From Paragordius varius (taxonomy: Eukaryota > Animalia > Nematomorpha): a stretch of DNA of 64,000 bases. The position numbers and the translations under genes were made by a program. Location: contig OZ176054.1 of NCBI GenBank assembly GCA_964247055.1, positions 12,586,001 to 12,650,000 of the forward strand, in the 5' to 3' direction. Each line of letters starts with the position of its first letter. The first letter of the stretch is position 1. Positions 27,014-40,858 of the stretch are shown piece after piece. The notes under the pieces are model-generated. The model made no database searches. It had not been told where the DNA came from and saw nothing but the letters and a program-made list of their open reading frames with translations.

Positions 27014-27787
27014 CAGTAGCGTATGCAGTAAAAGATTGTTAGTGCAAAATAATCTTAATGAACACAAAACAGGGGGATATTATGTATTTATAAATAGGAC
27101 TGAATGATAATTAATATATGAAAATTGAGGACATTTGGTCGGCACATTTGGTATTGAAAAGCTAATACATAAAATTTTTGTGAGAAATATTTATGATGTT
27201 TTTTATTGAAAATTTATTAAATGTTTAGGAATACTCAGAGGAAAATGAAGCCACAATATTAAATATTCAACAAACTTCTAGAAATGTATCACAGGATATA
27301 TCCAATTTAGATAACGTTACTAGAAGTTTAGATGTTGTGAAAACTACAAAAAATTAAGAAATCTAAAAGTTTAGCAGTTAATAAGAGGTTAATAAATAAT
27401 ATAAGCAATGCATTTAACAAGTAAACTTATGTAATTTATTTTGAACAAAAAACCCTTAATATTAAAAATATTTTAATTTTTCACCTCCGCTTATTCAGTT
27501 TTAAATAGATCGAGAAAAGCAAATAATAATTTAAAAGATCTTGTATAATTTCTAATTGTATTTGTATACATTTCCATAATTCAAATCACAAAAAATAATA
27601 TTTTTTTATAAGAAATCTGGGAAATAATGTTTCACTTTTTACAATTTTTCATCGCAATAACGAAATGCGCATGTTTACATATACCAAGATTGTCCCCTGA
27701 TTTTGTATACACTATCCATAATATCTCCCTGTTTTGTGTTCATTAAGATTATTTTGCACTAACAATCTTTTACTGCATACGCTACTG
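27014..27787. mobile_element. Long (774-bp) family C element with ~560 bp of extra internal sequence
   Basis: Same TIRs as 6709-6890 at both ends, TA flanks. The extra segment lies between GAAAATTG and TGTCCCC. Confidence 0.75.
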
Positions 27788-28634
27788 TAAATCAAGCAAC
27801 AATTTGTACAAATCCCATTAATCAGTAAAATTATATATAAATCCATATTTTTACGAGGATTTAGGCGGATTGTTGATTGATATCCATACTTTGTAAACCC
27901 TATTTGTACCTTAAAATTCCGTTTCATCCAGATCCAAAATAAAACAGCAAAATTTTATACATTCATAAATCAGATGATAAAAAATATTAAAAAAAGTATA
28001 TTATTAATTTCAATATATAAAGTTTTTTTAAATTTATATTATATGAATGTAATATTTTAATGGTGAGTTTAGCTAGTTAATGGTTAAAGTAATTATTTTA
28101 GTATAGTTTCATAATGCTTAAATTGTGCATATAAGGAAAAACATAATTATTTTATCTATGATTTAATAAAAAGCCGAACTATTTGATTTTAGATTAGACT
28201 ATATATAAATTGTAAATGTTTAATATAATAATAATATAAAATGATCTCAAGTATCATTATTTAATTATCTAAAATTTTCACATTTCGCCCAATTTACATA
28301 TTCGGTCATAATATTTCAAAAATAGGTCGTCAACAAATAAAAATATTTGCGGCAGATGAATTCGCTGGTTATAACCTATCTTAGTAAATAATTTCCAAAA
28401 AGATATCTTTATACACAATGGAAATTATTTAAATGGTATAAATATTCCAATTTATTAATGGAGTTTTTAGAATGACTCAAAAAAGTTATATATTAAATAA
28501 ATACTTACTGTGTAATGTTTGATAATCGAGCAGAGCTTCACGTACTAAATGATATCAAAAAAATTTATGTAATTAATTATGTATAATACATATTTTATTA
28601 GAAGCACACTCCATGTAAATATTATATAAATTTA

Positions 28635-29014
28635 CACTGATTCAAATTGGGGTATCTAAATATCCTAGACTAAAATTGAGTTAGGATTTTTAAAAATCTA
28701 TTGAAGCAAACGGTCCCAATTTAAATTTATGCTTCTATCCTAATAAAAATTATATAAATATACTAAAATATCTACATAAAATTTTGTTAGGAAAAATAGT
28801 TCCATGTCAAACTACTTCGACGTCATTTTTATGTTGCAAAATTTTTGCAAAATATCGTCTTCATTGGTTTATTAATGTTATACAAGTGCAAGATTTTGCC
28901 ATGGGTTTCGATTCCTTCCATTTTTTTTGAAGAAATCAATTTTAAACAGGCCTGGGGTATTTAACTACCCCAATTTGAATCGAAGGTCTAAAATGAATGT
29001 GTTGTATCCAAGTG
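28635..29014 (+). mobile_element. piggyBac-like MITE family P, shorter copy
   Basis: TTTA|CACTGATTCAAATTGGGG...AAGTG|TTAA. Confidence 0.78.
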
Positions 29015-29139
29015 TTAATAAAAGTTCTGGATGAAATTTATATAACCTGGAATCAAGGTTGTATTCTTTGTGGTAAGACATTGAACTATTGTAATAAAGT
29101 ATAAATTTAAATCACAATAAAATACCATTTAAATTTCAA

Positions 29140-29142
<3 letters not shown>

Positions 29143-29200
<58 letters not shown>
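29143..29200. repeat. (TA)n microsatellite, the longest in the window
   Basis: About 29 TA units. Shorter runs near 190, 5010, 20935, 38330, 51120, 54845 and 63130. Confidence 0.95.
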
Positions 29201-29203
<3 letters not shown>

Positions 29204-29305
29204 AAAAATTAGTTCTATTATGATTAAATTATTTGTTGTTAAAATTAATGACGACCCAGTGAATACTAAGATGATGTATATCGTAACAACCACTTCTATT
29301 ATAGA

Positions 29306-29698
29306 CCATTTACAGTTCAAATTCACCCTTGAACAATTCAAATTCACCTTCGAACAATTCAAATTCACCCCTTAAACAATTCAAATTCACCCTCGAACAA
29401 TTCAAATTTACCCTAAGAATAAATTATGTGTTTTCGAACTAATATAACTCATTATTAATATAAAATATATCTTTATGGCATAATTAATTATTTTTTTCAG
29501 TATTATTTTAATTTAAAACAAAATTTTATTTTTTAAAAATATATTAAAATATAGGTAATATTTAATTTTAAAAAACATGTTATTTATTTGAGGGTGAATT
29601 TGAATTGTTCGAGGGTGAATTAGAATTGTTCAAGGGTGAATTTGAATTGTTCAAGGGTGAATTTAAATTGGTTAAGGGTGAATTTGAACTGTAAATGG
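29306..29698. mobile_element. Complete MITE family A (other copies ~39930-40168, 51830-52102; arms at ~20610, ~21220, ~63900)
   Basis: CCATTTACAGTTCAAATTCACCCTTGAACAA...TTGTTCAAGGGTGAATTTGAACTGTAAATGG with 21-bp periodic arms. Confidence 0.9.
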
Positions 29699-30744
29699 TA
29701 TATATTGCCCTCCCCTTCCCTCCAAAAAGTCGGGCTTCTTTTATTTTTTGAAACAATGCTGAGTAAATATATATATTAATTGAATATTTACTTTGAAGTT
29801 GAATGGATTCCAATATCACTAAATATTTAAGATTGCGTGCAATATATTATAAACAAACTATAAATACAATTAATTTAAGCAAAGGTTTGTGTATTAAGGC
29901 AGACATAGAAATTTTGGGAATATTTTTAATGGATAAACAAATTAGATGATGAGATAGGCTCTAAAGATTGGAAACTATTGTAAAAGGTCCTGAAGAAGAA
30001 ACGGGTGATATCGAAATTCTCGAATTGGATAAAATCGAAAAAGTGGTGAAGTCATATAATAAGGACACTTGTTTTGCATAAAACCTCACACTCACTCTAA
30101 AGAGAATAAATTGACAAATAATGCTATCCCGTTATGCAGCAAAAATATTAATATATATAAGATTTTATATAATAAGATGACTTATAACTTTACTAATAAT
30201 TATAAATAAGCCAACATAGATATATAATGAAATTAAGATTATTAAGGACAAAACATAAAAATGAATATGTTTATAATTGTGAACAATCAATCATATTTTA
30301 TACAAAGAAGTCATATAATTTCACTAGTTGATTTTTACAATATGAGCTGATGAATACCAATATCCCATGTGTACAACACCATAAAACTCAGGATTAATTT
30401 TCAATAAAGGACAATTGTGAAAATACATTCAAGGCAAAAACATTATTCACGTTCTTAAATATCATATTGAATAAATAAAAAGTTGGATTCCAAACATATT
30501 TTGGAGAATACTTTTATTAGCCTACCATTGCAATTGGAAGTTTTAATACCTTTTATCAAGAAGTAGGTGGATTTAAGTAACCACATATTTTGTGGACAAT
30601 GTTTACCAGGTATCATAGTGTGAGAAGCGTTTCCTCACATATTTGTTTTCACCAATTATAGTAAAATTAAAATTATGAACATATATATAAAAGGCATTAT
30701 TTTTGTCAAAAAAACTCATAATTGTAAGTATGTAGTTGATTTAA

Positions 30745-31595
30745 CACTGTGAGGAAAAAATTCCTTTAACAAAATACTTTTTTTTCATGAGATAGCTTAT
30801 GAACAGCTTCATTTGCCATAACTTTTTTTATTTGTTACGACATAGTTTTTGAAATATTGAGAAATTTTATTCGGTCAAGTAAAAATTAATAATAAATTAA
30901 GATTCAAAAAATATTTATAAAATAGGATATAATAATTTTATAAAAAATAGGATTTAAAAGTAGCGGAATATCAACTAACAATGCATACAACTCCCTGTAG
31001 CTAACACAAATTGATATTTGTACTGGTATATGTACCGATATTTGGATGTTCACTAAAATCCTATTTTAAAATAATACTTTATAATCCCCACTTATGTAAG
31101 ATTCCAAAAAACAGTATAAATTTTTTATACACTCATAAACCAGAAAATGAGAAAAATAAAAAACAATATTTTTTAGTTTTATTTTGTAAGGAAATTTTTT
31201 TACTGAAAAAAATATGAATGTTAAGATAATAGTGAGTTTAACTGGTGAATAATTTACAAAAATTATTTTAATATAGTTTCATAAAATTTTTTTGACTTTT
31301 ATGGGTGTTAAAAAAACGCCATCTTTTGAACTGAGATTTTATAAAAACTTATATGAATTTGCTATCATAATAGAAAATTTCTCCTAAAATGATAATCAAC
31401 CTAATCATAATTTTTTGAATTATCCTTAATTATCTTAATTTTTACTTTTTGCCTGATTTCGATTTTTTCTCAATATTTAAAAAACTAGGCCGTAAACAAA
31501 TAAAAAATTTTACGGCAAATGAATTCACTGGTCATAAGCTATCTCATGAAAAAAAATATTTTAAAAAATTTACCCTCTTTTTTTTGCACACAGTG
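30745..31595. mobile_element. Non-autonomous TIR element family G (copies 33732-34956 and partial ~27790-28420)
   Basis: CACTGTG...CACAGTG termini. Inner TTTTTCATGAGATAGCTTATGA / GCTATCTCATGAAAAAA. TAA on both flanks. Confidence 0.8.
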
Positions 31596-32634
31596 TAATG
31601 GTTATATCAATCAACATCTCTTTTCCATAACAAAATTTTAGCAAAAACTCAAGGTTAAAATGGGTTCATCATAAAAATACAAGGTTAGGATGAAATATAT
31701 CAACGCTAATGATATGATGAAATACAATATAAATGGCGCATTAGTTTAAGGCTAACTAAAGAATTGAAATTTACATAAACACGCTCTTTTAGAAATAAAT
31801 TAGATGCTTAGAAATACTATATATATATATATATTATGTATACATTAGAGTATAAATGTCGTAATACTCCTCCTAGCCCCTGGCAATTGTTTGATATTAT
31901 ATCAAACTACTTATATATTTTAATAATTTGAATATATAATTACGGGCTTTTTTGTAGGTCCACTCTATATATATCAATATAAATGGTATATTTTCTGTAA
32001 AAATATATCTATAAATGATATTTGTGCAAATTTTTAATATTATATAGTTATAGGGTAAAAGGTAGTCTATATAAATCAATCAAAATATAATGGTTTTTTA
32101 CTTAATTGATTGAGTTGTTGCTCTAAACATATATCAATGTGTAATTATATATGAAAAATTTCAGAGAAATATATACATTTTTTGCCCACAAAATTATCTT
32201 AACCATTAATTAAAGCTAAAAATCTTAATGCAAACCAACGCTATATAATCAAGCAAAAATTTAAATTATACGAACAAAACTTCAAAAATAAAAACATAGA
32301 TTTTTATCAAAATAAAAAACCATACTTTTGTAAATATCCATTTAAATATTATTTATTGTTTTGGGATGCAAATATAAGGCATAAAAGTATTAGTTAGTAT
32401 CAATCATCATTTATAATAAGATTATTGAAATAGAGGTTTCAAAGATTATTATTACTGTCTTTTTGCAAATATTTGTCTCTATATTATTACGTTTTGTCCG
32501 TATAATTTTAATGGTCTACTGAATCTAATGCACTTGAACGATATAAATCTGATCTCAAAAAGCAATTTATTTATATAACAGACAATTTCGGTATCAATCG
32601 TACATTATATAATTATTACAAGTATATCATATGA

Positions 32635-33091
32635 ACTTAGAACACTTCAAGTTGTTCCTTTAATTTCAAGTTAATCCTTGAACACTTTAAGTTTGTTTTT
32701 AACATAACTTTATATAAATATCAATTTTTATCATTCAGAAGAAGCCTATCTTTTTTAATTTTCAAAAATTATATAACACTTAAAAAGTTTCACGGTTATT
32801 ATTTACAAATTTTCAATACAATCATTAAATTTATTGAATTGGTATTTAGTTTTATAAGTGGTTTTTGAGTGAAAAAGTTTTATTTTTAAATGAATAAATA
32901 TATAATAAATAGAGATTGGGTTAAAAAATAATAAAATAATAAATCCATGTAAAAATTATGGTAAATCCGAATTTAAAAATTTTAAGGACTAACTGAAATG
33001 TTTAAGGACCAACTTGTAGTGTTCAAGGACCAACTTTAAAATTTCAAGGAACAACTTGAAGTGTGCAAGGACACTCTTGAAGTGCAAATGG
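32635..33091. mobile_element. MITE family B copy
   Basis: 21-bp AAGGACCAACTTG arms, right end GAAGTGCAAATGG. Left boundary approximate. Confidence 0.75.
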
Positions 33092-33504
33092 TGTATATAC
33101 ATTAAAAATTGAAATTATTCAAACTAAACTTAAATATATAAACATACAAATTTGGCCAAAAGACATCCATATTTTTTTTATGTCGTGTCTTTCTAAGTTG
33201 AAACAGTGAGCATTAAGAAACACAAGTTTCAAAAAGTACGGTAAAGGACTAAAGAGTAAATTATTTAATAATTAATCCTAATTTCAAATTTTACTGCATT
33301 TAGATAGTAATCTAAACTATCAATTAAAACAAAAAGATTTTATTTAAGAATCCAAACGTACCGATTCTAGTAATATATATATATAATATCATACCGTAAT
33401 CGTTTCTTAGATCTTAATAGTTAATTAAGAATGTTAAGAAAGTTTTTACCAAGGAATTCTGTTGTGTCCATATATGATACTAAAATACATTAATATATTT
33501 ACAG

Positions 33505-33718
33505 TCATGTATCCTTTATTTTATCAAAAAATTATTTTTTTTCGTTAAATGGATATAAATATTTGATAAAGAATGGAAAAAACAAGAGCTCTATGGTATT
33601 AACAATATCATATTCATCATAAAAGTATGAGAATTACCATAGAGCTTTTGTTTTTTCTATTCTATACCAAATATTTATACCTAAAGGAAAGATTTTTTGA
33701 TAAAATAATGGATACATA
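33505..33718. repeat. Palindromic hairpin element (probable MITE)
   Basis: TGTATCC...ATAAATATTTG...GAGCTCTATGGTA mirrored by TACCATAGAGC...CAAATATTTAT...GGATACA. Confidence 0.7.
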
Positions 33719-35039
33719 TATAAATAACATACAATGTGTGCAAAAAACTTTTAACAAAATTTTTTCATGAGATAGCTTATGACCTTAATATTAATTTTCC
33801 GCAAAAAAATTAATTTGTTGACGACGTAGTTTTTGATATTGAGAAAATTGGGCAAAAAGTGAAAATTAAGATAATTAACGATTAATTAAAAATGATAAAA
33901 GTTGAGTTATGGTTGATAATCATTTTAGGAGATATTTTTAATATGTAAATAGCTAAAATCATATAGTTATTTGTATAAAATCATCTCAATGATGGCGTTT
34001 TTCTTTTAACTACTTATAAAATTTATTTATGAAACTATATTCAAATATATTTTTAATTACATACTAGCTAAATTCACTATTAAAATCTTAATATAGATAT
34101 TTTCTTCAGTAAAAAAACTTATATATCAAAATAAAACTTAAAAATGTTGTTTTGTATATATCAAAATAAAATTTAAAAATGTTGTTTTGTCATCTGAATG
34201 TTGTTTTGTCATCTGGTTTATGACCGTATAAAAAATTTACTGTCTTATTTTACAATTTAACATGAGCGAGTTCTAAACTATATAAATTAATACAAAATAA
34301 AACTCATGTTGTGGAAAATCAACCAAAAATTCGTACATATCCCAGTTGAAATATGTGTTAAAACAAACTTGTTAATTGTAAGGATTGTTTGTTGATATTC
34401 CACTACTTTTAAATCCTATTTTTTATAAAATTATATATTTTATAACTCAAACTCATATGAGAATCCAAAATAAAACAGTATAAATTTTTATACACTTATA
34501 AACCAGATGGCAAAAAATGAAAAAATAAATAAGAATATTTTTAATATTTTAATATAGAAGTTTTTTACTAAATAAAATATGACGTGTTAAGATTTTAATA
34601 GTGAGTTTAGCTATAATAATCACAAAAATTTTTTTATTATAGTTTCATAAAAAATTTGTATACTTTTTAAGTGCGTTAAAAGTAAAACGCCATCTATTAA
34701 ACTGATAGATTAGCAAGAATGCCGCTGCTGTTATTTTTTATATATATATAATACTAAAATAACCATAATATCTCAACTTATATCATTATTTTTATATTAT
34801 CCATAATTTTCACTTTTTGCCCGATTTAGATTTTCTCTCAATCAAAAACTAGTCAACACATTAAATTTTTGGGGCAAAGGAATTCACTGGTCATAAGCTA
34901 TATCATGAAAAAAAAATTTTGGCGAAAAAAATTAACCATCTTTTTTGCACACAGTGCTATATATATATAATATATATATTCCAACGAATGTCCTCGAATA
35001 ATATGTCCAAAGTAACCAAATTTTTGTTTTATTATTTTA

Positions 35040-37200
35040 CCCCGAAGCGTTGTTTGTGCGTTGATTTTATTTACGATGACGATGTTCTTTATTTTGTCCT
35101 TCCACGTTATACTAAGTTTTTATCTCCAACAAAACATTTCAAAAGCGTATATTCTTTTTTCGTCTTTTAATAGTCCAGCTTTCACATCCGTATAACATGG
35201 GAAATATTAATGCGTTTATTAGTCGGATTTTTATTTTTAGATTTATGTCATGAAATTTCCATATCTTGTAGTGTGAGGCTAGAGCGCTTTTGGCGATAGC
35301 TATGCGTCTATTTTCTCGTGAACTGAAGCTTGAGTTGTTGATAATGCTTCCAAGGTATGTGTATTCGGTGACTACTTGAATTGTTTCGTTATTAATCCGA
35401 AGCGAGTCATAGGAATGAGTGGAATTAATAACCAATATTTTAGTTTTGTTGAGGTTTAATGTGAGGTTGTATTTTTGCAACATTTATAGAAGTTCGGAAT
35501 TGTTTTCAAGGTTTGTTTGTAGTTTTGCTAAGATTACCGTGTCGTCTGCGTAGTGGAGAGTCGTCAGAGTGTGACCCCCTGCTTTTAGTCCTGGCAGATT
35601 TAGATCCCTCATGATACATTCCAAATATGTTGAACAACATGGGGATAAAATGCAGCCTTGACGCAAACCTATGTTCATTGGACTCTAAGAGGTCGGGCCA
35701 TGCGAGGTGTTAAGTGATAGGTAGGAGTTAAAGTATATGGATTTAATTAGTTTGATTAAGTGATTACAAACTCCTGTTTGTTAAGGAGAATGTCATGTTA
35801 AACGGTATCGCAGGCCTTAGAGAAATCCATGGAACATAGGTGTAGCTCATTTTGGAATTCACAATATTTTTCCATTATCCGTAATGATTGAAATTAAGTT
35901 TCGGCATCCTCTTTTTTCTCTAAAGCCTGCCTTTGTCATTAAGATTTCCAAGTTGGCATATGTTTGTAGACGGTTTTGTTTTATTTTTAAGAATTCTTTT
36001 AAGATTTGATTTATGCTATTGTGCGGTATAGTTTTCATATTTAGGGTCGCCCTTTTTGAATATCGGGACCACTAGTGATTTCCAGTCCGCCGGGAATGTT
36101 TCCTCACTGAAGATTTTTTGGAATAATGAATTAATTAATTTTATGAGAATGTGGCTTAGAGCTCTGTAGGTATGTCATTAAATCCCTCTGCTTTGCCTAT
36201 TAATGAGTGCCTTAGGACCCATTCGTTCTTTAGTATTGGTGGGTCATTAGTCAAGGTTTATAGCGATTATATTTGATTGTTTTGTAAATAATGCATGTAT
36301 TTCTCCTAAAGTTTAATTACTTCTTTCTTATCGGTTGGAAGTTTTCCGTTTGGGTGAGACATGGGACCTTTGTACATTTGTTTTTTGCGCGGTTTTAGGT
36401 CTTTAATGTAAGAAATATAGTTGTGATTAAGTTTGGCAGCTTCCTCTAAGTTAGCGCATATTGTATTATAATGATTTGTTGGATCCAATGCTTTTTTGTA
36501 GTTCATTCTTAATATTGTTGTACTCAAGGGGAGTGCCTTTGGATTTTGCTATTCTTCACTGTTCAATTAAGTCGATGCCTTGTTGTGATATGTTTAATTT
36601 TTTTCTTTAGTTGGGCAGGCGGAATACTTTCTTTCGCTATTTCGGTGGTAATTTTGTAAGCTGTTGACCAAAGGTTATCAGTATTTATTGTTTCGTAGTT
36701 TAAGGATTCGAATTTATTGTTTAAGATTGGAGGGAATTGGGCAGGTATGAGTTTATAGTTCAATTTGGTTTTGGGAAAGTTTTTGTGTGGCTGGGGAAGT
36801 TGTAACTTTATTTTCATTTTGGCTATCTATGATCTGAATTACAGTCTAAGCTCGCGTAGCATCGGATTTGGAATGAGCGTTTGTATTTTTGCATGCCCAA
36901 TATATAATCGACTATATTTACGCTGTCAAGTTCAAGTGTAGAGACGTCTGTTAGCCTGTTAAAACGAATTCACTATAAAGAGATTGTGTTTTTGACAAAA
37001 ATCAATTAGCCTTACACGGCGGCGGTTTTTGTCTTTACCAAGGCCTTTTCCACCAGTGACCTTGTTTGTTTTATCCTTAGGTATGATTGATGAAAGTTAA
37101 GTCTTTTTTTGGATCTCTTTTATGATCGGCTAGGCAAGCGATGAGAAGAACTTGGTATGTTTACTCCTGAGATGCGTATACCTTTTAATTTTATGGGAAA
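35040..37200 (-). mobile_element. Decayed RTE LINE of a second family
   Basis: ORF pieces GLRQGCILSP, LHYADDTV and LYGCESWT. APE C-terminal relic RLIDFCQKHNLFI. Confidence 0.9.
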
Positions 37201-37254
37201 TCTTGTTTACATTCGGTGATAAATGGACTTTATCTTATTATAATAATTTCTTAC

Positions 37255-37363
37255 CCCACCTTTGATACTGATAAACAAAAATTTATCCCAAATAAATATT
37301 ACCATGTACTCACCTTCATATAATCCATCAATCCATTATTAGTTTTATCATTAGGAAGAAATT
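37255..37363 (-). CDS. Candidate micro-exon pair of an unidentified gene: (E)FLPNDKTNNGLMDYMK (37363-37314) and YQRW (37267-37255)
   Basis: Donors AAG|GTGAGT and GGG|GTAAGA, a 46-nt intron ending TTTTGTTTATCAG, open frame. No homology recognised. Confidence 0.35.
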
Positions 37364-37539
37364 CTATCATTCAGAATTACAAGCACACTTTAAAAATCAT
37401 TTTACATAACATACAATTCTAAATATTTCATCGACAGTTTTTATCCCCAACAATTAAATTATTTCCTAAAAACTATTTTCGAACATCAGACGACATATCA
37501 TACTAATTCTTATAAAATCATATATCTCATTACACCACC

Positions 37540-37925
37540 AATATGCCAAATCTCTACGTAAAAAGCAATAGCTCTGATATAAGCTCCCGTAATTTACCAA
37601 TAAATATAGCGACATGGAGTATTCGTGGCAGTTCAGACGAATAGGATATATAATTCGCGAGATAAAACGTTTAAACATCCATGTCTTAGGGCTGTGGGAG
37701 ACTTATATGCAACATAAAGCACACAATATTCTTTATCTTGTTTTATAGGTAAGGCGGGGAGCTCACGAAATGGATGCGGTTTTAATATCCAATTATCTTG
37801 CCTAACATATCTCGATCGATTTATATCCCTACGAATTAACACGAAACCCCAAGCTATAACAATATATCAAGTCTATGGCCCCACAAGTTCACCCAAAATG
37901 CGAAAAGTTCTATAATGAGTTACAA
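37540..37925 (+). mobile_element. RTE LINE 5' fragment (APE N-terminus)
   Basis: Relics NIATWSIRG, IHVLGLWET and IYQVYGPTSS...KFYNELQ. Confidence 0.8.
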
Positions 37926-38323
37926 TGGCTGTTATAGAAACATCCAAAAAAGACATTAAATTATTACACATTTGTAAAATATTCATAAATCGCAAAAGGA
38001 GCTCCAAAAAGTAATTTAAATTTTTTTCTGCAATAAGATACCAAATATTTTGTTATATTATCAATGGTCAGTTTTCCATATTAGAAAATAAAATAATCAC
38101 ATTTGTGGGTCTTTTTCGATTTGATTCAATAAGGGTTAAAGGCTCTGGAAAGAAGAGATAATTACAATATAAATTGGCCATATGGTGTTTTTTATTTTGG
38201 TTAAAATTTTTAATTGCAATAGTGTAACGGTTAAAACCCGAAAATTTGACGCATGAATGATTGCAAAAAACGACAGTAATCCGATCGGGTGAATAAGATT
38301 AATTTAAAAATGTTTGGTATACG

Positions 38324-38362
<39 letters not shown>

Positions 38363-40858
38363 TAATGGCGGTAAATAGAATTTTAATCAACTATAAATAA
38401 TTATTTACCTGTTCTTATTCCATCAGCTTGAACGTGCACTGTTTCAAGATTAGCGTAAGCTTTTTGATATTTGAGATATTGAATCATATTAATAATTAAA
38501 AATATTTATAAAATTAATATATACCGATAACTAATTTTCTTTTATTTGCTAAATATAGTGATATTAGTACAATAAAATATTCAAATTATTGTATACATTT
38601 AATGGTTGCTAATTTCATATAGTAGGGCAATTTGTAACACAGTAGTATATGGGAAAAGAAAAAAGTTCAATAAACTATGTTTTGCTTTCTTTCCATACAT
38701 TATTGTGTTGTAAATAGCCCAATTATAGTTTGAAATACAACCATTAAAATGCTTACTGTATAACAGACAAAACGTAATAATGGAAAAACAAATATTTTTT
38801 ATATAAAAAAAACCATACTTTCAAAGCATATTTTTTACCTATAGAATATTTCCTTAAAATATATAAGTGATTGTGTTACCAATATACTTGATTTCATATT
38901 TTACAATTAAAAACAATAAGAAATTATGAAAAAATTCAGTAAAAGTATGGGTTGTCTTTTAAAGGGTGTTGTCTTTATATTTTAAGGTTTTGTCCGCATA
39001 TTCTGATTTTTACTATAAATACTAATATAAATATAGTATTTAAACTAACAACGTTTATTTACTTATGGTATAATTTTTAACACGATGTTAATATAAGATA
39101 TGATATGCCAATATATGATATTGTTAATAAAATTTATGTTCTAAGCTTTCAAATAAAAGTATATAAATTTGCTTGCTTGTATAAAAAAATTAGAGTAAGA
39201 ATTGGAATTATAGCGACAAAATGCTAAATATAAAGGCAAATATTTTTATCTAAAAGATAAGTTTACTTTTTAAATCCTGATTATATTGAGTATAATATAT
39301 ATATATTGATAGAAAGTTACTATAGCAAAAGCATATGCAAAACACTTATTATTGGCTAATAATAGTTAAAAAGTGAAAAAATAACTTTAAGCAAATAATA
39401 CTGCCCTTTCTTGTATATTCCGTTTGGCAATATTAATGCAATGTTTACCTCTTCATACTGTAAATAAATCTAATTCTTTAAATTGCTATGGATTAATATG
39501 TAATCAATAAATACCAACAATTACCTTTTTAACAAATTCAATAAAATTTATATGGGAAAAAATAAGGTTTAAAAAGCATGGTTGGTTGTCATTTGAAACA
39601 ATATGTTATATTTTTACGTTTTGTCCGCGTAGTAAAATTTCAATTTTTATTATATGTTAATCAATAAAGGGCAATTCCTCATAAATTATACCTAACTCAT
39701 CACATCTCCTGGTAAAAAATTGATATTGTGCTAAAATCATATGTTTAGATTTAATTTAATATATAATTAATACAGTGTGCATAAAATTTTTGGTCAATCG
39801 GCAAAACGGTAGCATATGGGTATAAACCAATAAATGGTTGCAATATAATATTTTAAATACGAACAAAATTTGTTTTATATCACATGCTGCTGTAAATGTG
39901 CCGAAAATAATGTGAATTAATAACGTCTTGAACAATTTAAATTGACCCTTAAATAATTTAAATTTACGCTTTATCAAACTGACCCTAAAAATAAATTATG
40001 TGTTTCCAGCCAATACAACTCAACATTAATATGCAATATATCTCTATGGAATAGTTTATTATTTTTCAGTAATATAATTTTTAACAAACTTTCGTTTTTA
40101 AATATAAGTAAAAAATACGGTAATTTTTAATCCGAAAAAACACATAAATTATTTTAGGGTGAAACGTAAATGGATATATATATATATATATAAGGTAATT
40201 TTACTTGAGTTTGTAAATAGGTAACATTGACGAAACACTATGATATTAAATTTAAATACTCTTGGCTTCCAGTTTTAATTGTTCATCTAAAGTGGATAAT
40301 AGGAAAGTTATTTTGAGTCCTTTATTGTTAGAGAATCTACATTTTTCATCCAAGAGTTACAAGAATCAAAAAATCGCACCTGGAAAAATTTCTGCTGAAA
40401 AACCGTTTTTATGTGGTAAAATAGTTTTTAATTTCTTTATTTATTATAAATAACATTTGCATTTTAGGAGTGTCTTTTAACACCTCCAGTTGATTCCTGA
40501 AAGTTTTAAATTGGTCTTGAGCACTTAGTTGGTCCTTGAACATTTCATGGTGAACACAATAGTGTTTTTGACAACTTCAAGCTTTTTTAATTTGTTAAAA
40601 TTAATCAATTAAACAGTGTATCATTCATCTATTTTGTTATTTACCTATCAACAAAACCTTTATATCAATATCAATTTTAATTCAGAAACCGTACATCCCT
40701 ATTAAGTTCTTAAAAAATATTCCAATTTTCTGGGTTATTAATTACGGTTTTTAGTTGAAAAGATTTATAATTGAATATATGAATTGGAAAAATTTTGACA
40801 CAAACATGTGGTTTTTGGTTTTAAATAAAAATATTGATTTTAAATGAATATAATAAAT

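Noticed and set aside
29580-29819. 79-aa ORF with NSPLNNS repeats
   Set aside because: It is the translation of the MITE family A 21-bp arm.
33148-33192. 45-nt symmetric candidate exon (RHDIKKIWMSFGQI)
   Set aside because: It ends in T, which would create a stop when joined to the next candidate exon (AA or AG). Left out of the chain.
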